DNA of 64,000 nucleotides, taken from the IMG/VR virus record IMGVR_UViG_3300045988_134682, positions 33,707-97,706 of that record; one strand, written 5' to 3'. The position numbers and the translations under genes were made by a program. The notes under the pieces were generated by a model. It was not told the origin of the DNA. It saw nothing but the letters and a program-made list of their open reading frames with translations, and ran no database searches. Below, piece after piece: positions 1 through 8,083 of the stretch (positions within the stretch are counted from its first letter, which is position 1; each line of letters starts with the position of its first letter). This DNA is from a virus.

Positions 1-106
1 AACTGATTATGAAAAGCATTTACCTATTGGAGATTGGTATAATAATGAAGAACAAATGCGAATCATTCATGAAGATGGATTTCCAAAACAATGGATGGTA
101 AATTGA
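1..106 (+). CDS. 3' end of upstream gene (partial, hypothetical)
   Basis: Open frame from the window edge to TGA at 104-106 (...QWMVN*). No start in window. Confidence 0.3.
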   Translation, partial: TDYEKHLPIGDWYNNEEQMRIIHEDGFPKQWMVN

Positions 107-131
107 TTTTATTTTAAAAATATTATATAAT
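103..131 (+). promoter_or_regulatory. sigma-70-like promoter (TTGATT -17- TATAAT), member of conserved promoter family
   Basis: ttgatt 103-108, 17-nt spacer, tataat 126-131, upstream of CDS 169. Confidence 0.5.
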
Positions 132-168
132 ATATTTATAAGATAAAGAAAGAGAGAATGATAAATAA

Positions 169-1287
169 ATGCAAATTGTAAACACAGGAAGTATTTATAG
201 AATTTATGATAACAGTGTTCAGACTTCAGATAAATTACCTGCCCAGTGTTATCAGGTAGATTTTAATCCACAAGCAGGATTCTATTTAACTAAGTATGAT
301 GACATTAAAATCTCTGAAAAGATTTACGGAGTTCATCTTCAGAAAGTCCAAAAGGTATTGGGTTCTTTCAAACTTGTTAATAGAAATCTTGGTGTAATTT
401 TATCTGGCGATAAGGGCATTGGAAAATCTCTTTTTGCTAAATTACTCGCGGCAAGAGGTATAGAAGAGGGCTATCCGTTAATTATTGTGAATTGTTACTA
501 TCCAGGAATTGCGGATTTTCTTACTTCAATCCAGCAGGAGGTTGTAGTTCTTTTCGATGAGTTTGATAAAACATTTTCTGGTAAAAGAGATGAATCAAAT
601 TCTATCGACGATCCGCAGACAGAAATGCTTACACTTTTTGATGGATTAAATCAAGGAAAGAAACTTTTTGTAATCACTTGCAATGAGTTAAGAGGGTTGA
701 ACGATTATCTTGTTAATAGACCTGGTCGTTTTCATTATCACATTCGCTTTGAGTATCCAACAGATATGGAAGTAAAATCCTATCTTGAGGATCAAGTTCC
801 AGAGTGTATGTATGGTGAAATTAATAAAGTAATTGCATTTAGTCACAAGGTTAATCTTAATTATGACTGTTTGCGGGCAATTGCTTTTGAGCTTACTCTT
901 GGCTCTACCTTCGAAGATGCAATTAAAGACTTAAATATCATTCGTATTGAAAAAGAAACTTATAACGCAATTCTTTATTTTAAAGATGGCGGACATGTCA
1001 AAAGAACTGTTTATCTTGATTTATTTGAAGAAGAGACTATTACCATGGATTGTTATGATGAGAATGGTTTTAATTTCTGTGCTTCATTTGAATCTGGCGA
1101 TATAACCTATGATTATGATAGGGGCGGCATGATTATTGATGGTAAAAAGGTTAGTCTTAACTGGTTGCCTAAATACTATGATGATAATGATGAAGAGATT
1201 GCGGCTCTCAAAAAACGTCAGGAAAGAGAGGTAGATTATATTTCTCTCCGTAGAGCTGGAACAAAAAATCTTCATTATGCTCTTTAA
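169..1287 (+). CDS. AAA+ ATPase (classic clade)
   Basis: Walker A GDKGIGKS and Walker B VVLFDEFD. NRPGRFH sensor-2/Arg motif typical of AAA family. Roughly 100-aa N-terminal and 150-aa C-terminal extra domains. Confidence 0.7.
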   Translation: MQIVNTGSIYRIYDNSVQTSDKLPAQCYQVDFNPQAGFYLTKYDDIKISEKIYGVHLQKVQKVLGSFKLVNRNLGVILSGDKGIGKSLFAKLLAARGIEEGYPLIIVNCYYPGIADFLTSIQQEVVVLFDEFDKTFSGKRDESNSIDDPQTEMLTLFDGLNQGKKLFVITCNELRGLNDYLVNRPGRFHYHIRFEYPTDMEVKSYLEDQVPECMYGEINKVIAFSHKVNLNYDCLRAIAFELTLGSTFEDAIKDLNIIRIEKETYNAILYFKDGGHVKRTVYLDLFEEETITMDCYDENGFNFCASFESGDITYDYDRGGMIIDGKKVSLNWLPKYYDDNDEEIAALKKRQEREVDYISLRRAGTKNLHYAL

Positions 1288-1488
1288 ATAAAAATTTGCT
1301 TTTAAAAAAAATATATGTTATAATTTATATATAAATTAAAAAAGACACTTTCTCAGCAATTAAAGAAAATGGATAATAAAATTGTGTTGTGAATGATTTT
1401 TAGAGGGTTCAAATCCCTCAAATGAAAAATAAAGTGTCTTGATGAACTATTCAAGATAAACTCCTCACCGGAGTGTGAGGAGTATTAA

Positions 1489-1570
1489 GCTGGTATGGTG
1501 GAACGGTATACACGGCGGACTTAAAATCCGCTGGCTCCGAGCCTTGCGGGTTCGAATCCCGCTACCAGCA
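1489..1570 (+). tRNA. tRNA-Leu(TAA): tRNA-Leu (anticodon TAA), type II with long variable arm
   Basis: Acceptor gctggta/taccagc, anticodon stem gcgga/tccgc with loop cttaaaa, variable hairpin ggctccgagcc, T-arm cgggttcgaatcccg. Confidence 0.85.
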
Positions 1571-1655
1571 CTAACTAAAAATCAATAGGAGGGATAATAT
1601 ATGTTCTATCATATTGGTACAGTCTTCTAAGTCCTTGGAAAGGAGGATTTAGATA

Positions 1656-1976
1656 ATGAGTAGAAGTTATAAAAAAACGCCTTGGGCTGGAGACAAAAAA
1701 GGCAAAATAAAAAAACGGATTGCAAATCAGACAGTTCGTTCTTGGCTGAAACAGCATCCAGATGTAAAACTTTCAAAAAGCGATTTTAAAAAAATTTATG
1801 AAACTTGGGATATTTGTGATTATGGATATAAAATGACTTGGGAAGAATATTGGGAAAGTGAAATTAGACATTATTATTGGTTTAAAATGAATTTTCCTGA
1901 AGCAAAGAAATCTAAGTATTGTAAGTATCCAGACAAAAAAAAACTTATAGACAGTGGTACAAATGGTATAAAATGA
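1656..1976 (+). CDS. hypothetical protein (basic, Trp/Tyr-rich)
   Basis: ORF with strong RBS ggaaaggagg 9 nt upstream. Lies between tRNA genes. Confidence 0.5.
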   Translation: MSRSYKKTPWAGDKKGKIKKRIANQTVRSWLKQHPDVKLSKSDFKKIYETWDICDYGYKMTWEEYWESEIRHYYWFKMNFPEAKKSKYCKYPDKKKLIDSGTNGIK

Positions 1977-2010
1977 AATGATTTGATTTTTATAAAATTT
2001 TTTGATATAA

Positions 2011-2021
2011 TAAATATAGAA
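2011..2021 (+). promoter_or_regulatory. extended -10 promoter (TGaTATAAT) likely driving tRNA-Gly
   Basis: ttgatataat followed by the conserved atatagaaagttaa motif seen downstream of other promoters in this window. Confidence 0.4.
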
Positions 2022-2090
2022 AGTTAAAGAACTTTCCTCTTTTTAAATTTCTCTTAAAAATAGCAAATGTTTTAAACATTTGCTAAATAT

Positions 2091-2162
2091 GCGGGTGTGG
2101 TGTAGTTGGCAACATACGTGCCTTCCAAGCATGTGTCACGGGTTCAAATCCCGTTACCCGCT
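2091..2162 (+). tRNA. tRNA-Gly(TCC): tRNA-Gly (anticodon TCC)
   Basis: Acceptor gcgggtg/tacccgc, anticodon stem cgtgc/gcatg with loop cttccaa, T-arm acgggttcaaatcccgt. Confidence 0.85.
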
Positions 2163-2473
2163 CTAAAGAGCCATAAACTGCAAAATAATTTATATCTTTA
2201 AATGGATATTATTAATAAAATTACATACATATTAAAATATGATGATGCAATGCTTCTCAGTAAACTAAATAGGCTGGGCTCTTGATATATAAAGCAGTAT
2301 TAGTAAAAAGAAGCATCTATTTAATTTTTAATGGTTTTATAATTTACATTAAGGCATAAACAGCAATCGTTGATTAAATTCAAGCAAATATTTTATTATA
2401 TGAGAATAAAACATATTTTTGAAAAAGGATGATTATTATGCCTTGAAAAAAGGGCATTTTTGCCCCTCTTTTT

Positions 2474-2546
2474 GTGCCAGTAGCTTAGTTGGCAAAGCAC
2501 CGGACTTTTAATCCGGTTACCGCGGGTTCAAGTCCCGCCTGGCACA
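2474..2546 (+). tRNA. tRNA-Lys(TTT): tRNA-Lys (anticodon TTT)
   Basis: Acceptor gtgccag/ctggcac, anticodon stem ccgga/tccgg with loop cttttaa, T-arm gcgggttcaagtcccgc. Confidence 0.85.
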
Positions 2547-2560
2547 CTTTTTAAAGGAGA

Positions 2561-3034
2561 ATGAATATGAAAATTATGACATCTTATTTTTATCAGATTC
2601 GATTTTTTAAACCTTATATGATTCCTCTTAGTACAGCTAAATGGGATCCTAAATGGTTTCATAAAAGCCAAGGTCAAGATTATCAATTTAAAGATAAAAA
2701 TGGAGTGTGGAATGGTTTAAGAGCAGAGCCATTTGCGCCAGGTCCTTTATGTGAAGGATTATGCTCTGGTCCAAAAGGATGTGCAAGTGCCGCAAATGAT
2801 TGTATGTTTTTAAAAACCTATAAAATGCAATTAGAGCATTTAGATTTTCAAGATATTCTTTCAAGGATTGAGTCTATTGGATATGCTGTTAAAGAGCAAG
2901 AAAAATTCCAAGAGGAACCAGTTGTAATCTTAATTGTGCATGAAGCTTTTGGAAATCATTGTTCAGAACGTGAGCCAATTCAAGAGTGGTTTGCGGAGAA
3001 TGGGTATCCGATAGAAGAGTTTCAGGCGGGATAG
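2561..3034 (+). CDS. hypothetical protein
   Basis: ORF with RBS aaaggag. Its stop codon overlaps the 5' end of tRNA-Cys by 10 nt. Confidence 0.5.
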   Translation: MNMKIMTSYFYQIRFFKPYMIPLSTAKWDPKWFHKSQGQDYQFKDKNGVWNGLRAEPFAPGPLCEGLCSGPKGCASAANDCMFLKTYKMQLEHLDFQDILSRIESIGYAVKEQEKFQEEPVVILIVHEAFGNHCSEREPIQEWFAENGYPIEEFQAG

Positions 3035-3098
3035 CCAAGTTGGTTAAGGCGGCGGTCTGCAAAACCGCTATTCAGGGGTTCGAGTCCCCTTCCCGCCT
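3025..3098 (+). tRNA. tRNA-Cys(GCA): tRNA-Cys (anticodon GCA)
   Basis: Acceptor ggcggga/tcccgcc, anticodon stem gcggt/accgc with loop ctgcaaa, T-arm aggggttcgagtcccct. Confidence 0.85.
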
Positions 3099-3112
3099 CT
3101 TAAAAATCTTAA

Positions 3113-3141
3113 TTGATTTTTAAATAAAAATATAATATAAT
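3113..3141 (+). promoter_or_regulatory. sigma-70-like promoter of conserved family
   Basis: ttgatt 3113-3118, 17-nt spacer, tataat 3136-3141. A long (about 200 nt) leader follows before CDS 3358. Confidence 0.5.
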
Positions 3142-3357
3142 ATATATGTAAGATAAAGAAAGGTGCTTACAGCTAAAAAAAATATTTTTATACTGTGGTA
3201 GGTATAAACGAAAGTAAAGGGAATGTTGGTTCATATCCAGCCAGAAGTAATTCTGTAGTTTAAGTGGGAAAAATTAAAACGCCCTAACCGAAAAGTATCT
3301 TGTTAAAAATCAATTACGACCTTGTAATAAGGTTAAGAGAAAAAGGAGATTTTATCT

Positions 3358-4881
3358 ATGAATAGTTTTATGAATGGAATGAAAGCAGCTACAAACTTCA
3401 CAACAACTGAAAATGGTGCTATTACACATAAGACAACTAATTCCGATTTGTTGGATATGTTCGCACTTGGTGGAGCATATCGTAACAGAAGCGATGATGA
3501 TGTAAAAACACTTGTAAGAAATGCTTTCAGAGAGAACCCTGTTTACGCTCTGAAATGTTTATTCTACCTGCGTGACGTGCGTGGTGGACAGGGTGAGCGT
3601 AGATTTTTCCGTGTAGCAATCAAAGATCTGGTTGCTGTCGATAGAGAAGCGGTACGTAGAAACCTGATTCATGTACCTGAGTTTGGTCGTTGGGATGATC
3701 TGTATGTATTCGTAGGAACACCTCTTGAAGGAGATGCTCTGAAGATTATGAAAGACCAGCTCGCACTTGATGTTCAGTGCAAAACTCCATCTCTGCTTGC
3801 AAAATGGCTGAAATCTGAGAATACTTCTTCTCATGAGTCTCGCAGACTTGGAAAAGTAACTCGTAAATATTTTGGAATGACTGCAAAGCAGTATCGTAAG
3901 ACTCTTTCTATCCTTCGTGCTCGTATTAACGTTCTTGAGCGTTTGATGTCTGAGAATCGTTGGGATGAAATTGAGTTCGATAAGATTCCATCTAAAGCAG
4001 GTATGAAGTATAAGAACGCTTTCGCAAGACACGACATTGAGCGTGCAAAAACTGGAGCACAGACTTATGCGGACTTTGCTAAGGATGAGACTAAGACTGT
4101 TAATGCGGCAGTCCTGAATCCAGTAGATATCGCAAGTCAGATTTTCGGTTATGGTGGATACTACGGTGCTCCAACTCAGACTAAGCGTTTGATGTGGGAT
4201 AAATATTGGGCAAACCTTAAAGACTATTACAATGGTCATGAGGAGAACGGAATTGCAATCGTCGATGTATCTGGCTCTATGAGTGGTACTCCAATGAATG
4301 CGGCAGTATCTATGGGTGCTTATATCGCAGAGCGTGGTAAAGGTCCTTTCCAGAACCATTTCATCACATTCTCCAGCAATCCTCAGCTTGTTAGATTTGA
4401 TGGAGTGGATATTTACGATAAATTCCAGAGAGCACGTTCTGCTGACTGGGGTGGAAGCACAAACATTGAGGCAACTTTTGACCTTATGTTAAATGTCGCT
4501 CTTAAAAATAAAGTTCCTGCTTCTGAGATGCCAAAAACTCTTTATATCTTCTCTGATATGGAGTTTAATGGTTGTATGTCTTTTGGACGTCCTTCCAGAA
4601 ATCGTTGGAGTTATGGAAACCGTATTACCGGTGGTATTGATGAAATCAATACTATGCTTGAGAACATTGCTCAGAAGTGGATGGCTTATGGCTATGAGCT
4701 TCCAAGAGTAATCTTCTGGAATCTTGATGCAAGACAGAATAACATTCCAGCCCTTGGCGGAAGATTCTCATATGTATCTGGATTCTCAATGACGATGGTA
4801 GAAGAAATTCTCTCTGGAGAAGATGGCTACTCTCTCATGATGAAGAAGCTCGATTCTGAAAGATACTCTTGTATTCAGTAA
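3358..4881 (+). CDS. vWA-domain protein (DUF2828-like N-terminal region plus C-terminal von Willebrand A MIDAS)
   Basis: MIDAS motif IVDVSGSMSG plus downstream T/D residues. About 280-aa N-terminal domain. RBS aaaaaggag. Confidence 0.6.
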   Translation: MNSFMNGMKAATNFTTTENGAITHKTTNSDLLDMFALGGAYRNRSDDDVKTLVRNAFRENPVYALKCLFYLRDVRGGQGERRFFRVAIKDLVAVDREAVRRNLIHVPEFGRWDDLYVFVGTPLEGDALKIMKDQLALDVQCKTPSLLAKWLKSENTSSHESRRLGKVTRKYFGMTAKQYRKTLSILRARINVLERLMSENRWDEIEFDKIPSKAGMKYKNAFARHDIERAKTGAQTYADFAKDETKTVNAAVLNPVDIASQIFGYGGYYGAPTQTKRLMWDKYWANLKDYYNGHEENGIAIVDVSGSMSGTPMNAAVSMGAYIAERGKGPFQNHFITFSSNPQLVRFDGVDIYDKFQRARSADWGGSTNIEATFDLMLNVALKNKVPASEMPKTLYIFSDMEFNGCMSFGRPSRNRWSYGNRITGGIDEINTMLENIAQKWMAYGYELPRVIFWNLDARQNNIPALGGRFSYVSGFSMTMVEEILSGEDGYSLMMKKLDSERYSCIQ

Positions 4882-4888
4882 AAATATG

Positions 4889-4918
4889 CGAGCTGGAATT
4901 TTCCAGCTCGTTTTTTTT
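4889..4918 (+). terminator. rho-independent terminator
   Basis: Stem cgagctggaa/ttccagctcg followed by T8. Confidence 0.7.
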
Positions 4919-4983
4919 GGATAAGATAGACTCAACCTTTTATTTAAAAAAGAATATAATATATAAGAAAAGGAAGAGTCTAT

Positions 4984-5700
4984 ATGAGATTTATAGATAT
5001 AACAGGTCAAAAATTTAATCATCTACAAGTTTTAGAAAGGGTTCCAGGAACCTCTCCAATACAGTGGAAATGTAAATGTGATTGCGGAAAAATAGTAAAT
5101 GTAAGAGGTACCTATTTACGAAATGGACATACTAAATCATGTGGGTGTGAAAGAGTAAAAGCTGGACAACAACAAGGTAAAAAAAATTTAAACGATTTAT
5201 CTGGTCAACATTTTGGATTCTTAACAGTATTAAAAGATACAGGAAAACGACAAAATAAAAATGTAGTATGGTTATGTAAATGCGTGTGCGGTAATGAAAC
5301 AGAAGTTCTTACAACTAATCTTCGAGATGGTTCTACAAAATCTTGTGGATGCATTAAAAAATCTTTTGGTGAAGCTAAAATAGAATCAATCTTAAAAGAA
5401 AATAAAATTTCTTATATTTCTGAATTATGTATTCCAGAATTAAATAATGCAAGATATGATTTTGCAATTTTAGAAAATAATAAAATAATTCGCTTAATAG
5501 AATTTGATGGAGAACATCATTATCAAGAAATATCTTTCCATAAAGATAACAGATATAGTTTAAAAGATAGACAAGAACGAGATAAAAAGAAAAATGAATG
5601 GGCTAAAAATAATAATATTCCACTAGTTAGAATCCCATATTGGGAAAAAGAAAATATTGCTTTAGAAATGCTAATGGATTCTAAATATGAGGTAAAATAA
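4984..5700 (+). CDS. free-standing homing-endonuclease-like protein: two Cys-rich (CxCxCG...TKSCGC) DNA-binding repeats plus C-terminal DUF559/Vsr-like (PD-(D/E)xK) nuclease
   Basis: Duplicated WKCKCDCGK...SCGCER and WLCKCVCGN...SCGCIKK modules. C-terminal DFAIL...IEFDGEHHYQ...IPLVRIPYWE matches the DUF559 (E-x-DG-x-x-H ... G-x-V-R) signature. Flanked by a duplicated gene end. Confidence 0.55.
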   Translation: MRFIDITGQKFNHLQVLERVPGTSPIQWKCKCDCGKIVNVRGTYLRNGHTKSCGCERVKAGQQQGKKNLNDLSGQHFGFLTVLKDTGKRQNKNVVWLCKCVCGNETEVLTTNLRDGSTKSCGCIKKSFGEAKIESILKENKISYISELCIPELNNARYDFAILENNKIIRLIEFDGEHHYQEISFHKDNRYSLKDRQERDKKKNEWAKNNNIPLVRIPYWEKENIALEMLMDSKYEVK

Positions 5701-5828
5701 TGACAATTAAAGAAGCTATTGAAGTATTAAAAAATCTTCATATTTCATTTGAAGACTCAGATAAAAGAGAAAAAATTAAAGAAGCGTTAGAAATAGCAAT
5801 TGCAGTCCTTGATAATGAAGATTATTGA
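5700..5828 (+). CDS. small hypothetical protein (42 aa) within the endonuclease cassette
   Basis: ATG overlaps the upstream stop (taATGa). Charged helical peptide. Low support. Confidence 0.3.
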   Translation: MTIKEAIEVLKNLHISFEDSDKREKIKEALEIAIAVLDNEDY

Positions 5829-5830
5829 AC

Positions 5831-5917
5831 ATGGTAGAAACTATTCTGTCTGGTAAGGATGGATATGATCTGATGATGGAGAAGTTGAACACTGAGCGTT
5901 ATGCCGTTATCGGTTAA
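5831..5917 (+). pseudogene. orphan duplicate of the 3' end of the vWA gene (nt 4795-4881)
   Basis: Translates to MVETILSGKDGYDLMMEKLNTERYAVIG*, versus MVEEILSGEDGYSLMMKKLDSERYSCIQ* at the true gene end. 19/28 aa identical, same length, no upstream gene body. Confidence 0.6.
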
Positions 5918-5930
5918 TGCTCCTAATTTT

Positions 5931-5960
5931 CCCTTCCGAGAAATCGGGAGGGATTTTTTT
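5931..5960 (+). terminator. rho-independent terminator
   Basis: cccttccgag...cgggaggg stem followed by T7. Confidence 0.55.
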
Positions 5961-6132
5961 ATGCCTTTAAAGAACGCATAATCTACTCCGGCCGGCCACA
6001 ACCATAAAGACCGAAAATCAAAATGAAAATTGCTTTTAGTATTTTTTTCCTGGGCAAAGCCGTTATATTACATTCGTGATTTTTTTAAGTGCTTATAGCA
6101 GGGAAATTTAAAAGAAAGGAGTAGCTTTATAT

Positions 6133-6312
6133 ATGATTATTACTACATCAAATAGTGGACATACTGCATATGGATTGAAAGATTATGTAATTGACAGGAA
6201 AGCTGATTTAGAAGATCTTCCAGTTGATGTTCCTATGGGCAGTACTGCTTTCTGCATTGAAGATAGTTCCGTATATATGATTAATAGCTCCAGAGAGTGG
6301 GTGGAAATCTAA
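6133..6312 (+). CDS. small hypothetical protein (59 aa)
   Basis: RBS aaaggag. Stop is adjacent to the start of the next gene (translational coupling). Confidence 0.4.
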   Translation: MIITTSNSGHTAYGLKDYVIDRKADLEDLPVDVPMGSTAFCIEDSSVYMINSSREWVEI

Positions 6313-7251
6313 ATGGCAATAGATGTTGTAACTCTTGCTCTTGCAAAAAAATATACAAAAGAATCTTTAGAGGGCGCAGGCGCTCTTAAGGGTGAAAAAG
6401 GAGACCCATTTACCTATAATGATTTCACTCCCGAACAACTTTTAGCTCTAAAAGGTGAAAATGGTATTGACGGCAAATCAGCCTATCAGCTTGCAGTTAA
6501 TAACGGTTTTGTTGGAACTGAAGCTGAATGGATTACTTCTCTAAAAGGAGAAACAGGACCGATCGGTCCAGCAGGACCGCAAGGTCAAACTGGAGAGACT
6601 GGCGCCACCGGTCCAGTAGGACCGCAAGGTGAAGTTGGACCAAAAGGCGATAGTTATCAAATTACAGAAAGCGATTATGCGGCGATTGCAGGCATGATTT
6701 CAGTCCCATCTAAGACTTCAGAATTAACTAATGATTCAAATTTTGTTAATGATATTAAATTAAATGGAGAACCTGTGGCAAATCAGAATGGCTCTATTGA
6801 TTTGCAGCTTGGTAACTTAGATACTACTCTTGGAGAGACTATTACGTGTAATCAAACAATTGGTGGTATTGCTGCTGGTACTACTTTTTCTGAAGATACT
6901 ACTCTTGCTGATATTATTAGAGCTTTATTAAAAATTCCTGTTGTTGAAACAGACGGAGCAATTTATTATGGACTATCACGTGATATTCCAAATTCTATTA
7001 ATGGATTAACTCCTGTTACCATTGATAGAGACACTCTTCTTTCTTCTGGTTATACTTATAAGAATATCAACACTGATAATCAGCGTGTTGTATTAGCTAT
7101 TCCTAAATCTTTTGGAATTGTTTGTTATCAGATTTCAGTTAGTGGATTTAGTATTGGTTTTGACTCTGTAGAAACTGATAAATATATTATCTATTATGAT
7201 GGACTCTCTACTGGTTCATTTAGATATGTATATAGTTTTGAGGAGGTTTAA
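6313..7251 (+). CDS. collagen-like repeat tail fibre protein
   Basis: Gly-X-Y run GETGPIGPAGPQGQTGETGATGPVGPQGEVGPKGD. C-terminal beta-rich domain. Confidence 0.65.
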   Translation: MAIDVVTLALAKKYTKESLEGAGALKGEKGDPFTYNDFTPEQLLALKGENGIDGKSAYQLAVNNGFVGTEAEWITSLKGETGPIGPAGPQGQTGETGATGPVGPQGEVGPKGDSYQITESDYAAIAGMISVPSKTSELTNDSNFVNDIKLNGEPVANQNGSIDLQLGNLDTTLGETITCNQTIGGIAAGTTFSEDTTLADIIRALLKIPVVETDGAIYYGLSRDIPNSINGLTPVTIDRDTLLSSGYTYKNINTDNQRVVLAIPKSFGIVCYQISVSGFSIGFDSVETDKYIIYYDGLSTGSFRYVYSFEEV

Positions 7252-7253
7252 GT

Positions 7254-7535
7254 ATGATTATTTTACCACAAGGATTTAAAGTATCATCCTCAGAACCGAT
7301 AGATGCTAGAATTCTTTTAACCAAAGAAGAAATGAAAAATATCAATCAAAATATAATGCCAAATATATATTTTGCATTATGTAAAGATGATGGAAAATTA
7401 TATTTATACAATAAAAACAACTCTTTTAATGATATTACTGGATATTTCTCTTTATATGAATCTCAGGTTTATGCAGATTCTATTACTCAAGAGGATATAG
7501 ACCTAATTATTGGAAAAATTAAAGAGGAACTATAA
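7254..7535 (+). CDS. hypothetical protein (tail module)
   Basis: ORF tightly coupled to the upstream fibre gene. Confidence 0.45.
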   Translation: MIILPQGFKVSSSEPIDARILLTKEEMKNINQNIMPNIYFALCKDDGKLYLYNKNNSFNDITGYFSLYESQVYADSITQEDIDLIIGKIKEEL

Positions 7536-7588
7536 AGAATAATATTCTTTATAAAATAAAATTTTTATTAAAAAGGAGGACATAAAAT

Positions 7589-7879
7589 ATGCCTGATATG
7601 AAGAAATTTTTAGATCAAGAAGGATTGGCTCTTTTATGGAGAAAGATTGAAGCTGAATTAAAAACTAGAGATGGCGGAATTTCAGAACTCTCTGATTTAA
7701 TTGAAGTTGTTGAAACTGCATTTAATAGTTACAAAACTTCAAATGATACTGCAGTGCAAACTAATACGACAGATATTGCTAGCGTTTCTAGACGAGTTGA
7801 TAGTATTGAAACTGAAATAAATAATGCAGAAGCATTCGAACCAATATCAGACAGTGATATTGATGCTCTTTTTGTTTAA
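7589..7879 (+). CDS. hypothetical structural protein with shared N-terminal motif (KKFLDxEGLALLW)
   Basis: RBS aaaggagg. N-terminus is paralogous to those of CDS 12708 and CDS 13618. Confidence 0.5.
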   Translation: MPDMKKFLDQEGLALLWRKIEAELKTRDGGISELSDLIEVVETAFNSYKTSNDTAVQTNTTDIASVSRRVDSIETEINNAEAFEPISDSDIDALFV

Positions 7880-8083
7880 AAAAGATATAAATATAAAAAG
7901 GAGATAAAAATTATGCCTTTATTAAAATATTTATTATCTAATCATTTAATTAAAGTAGATAGCTCTTTAATGAAAATTGATGAAAATAGAAAATGCTAAA
8001 GTGCCTGGGCTTTATGATGAAAATGATAATTTAATTAAAGCTTGGGATGAATTGGTAGCAGAAGGGCTGGTGACTGTTGAATA

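Noticed and set aside
3180-3300. T-arm-like hairpin (gttgg-ttcatat-ccagc) in the long leader of CDS 3358, considered as a fifth tRNA
   Set aside because: No acceptor, D-arm or anticodon-arm pairing could be built. The T-loop deviates from the consensus (A58 replaced).
3559-4359. 266-aa minus-strand ORF inside the vWA gene
   Set aside because: Antisense shadow ORF of a well-supported + strand CDS with clear domains and RBS.
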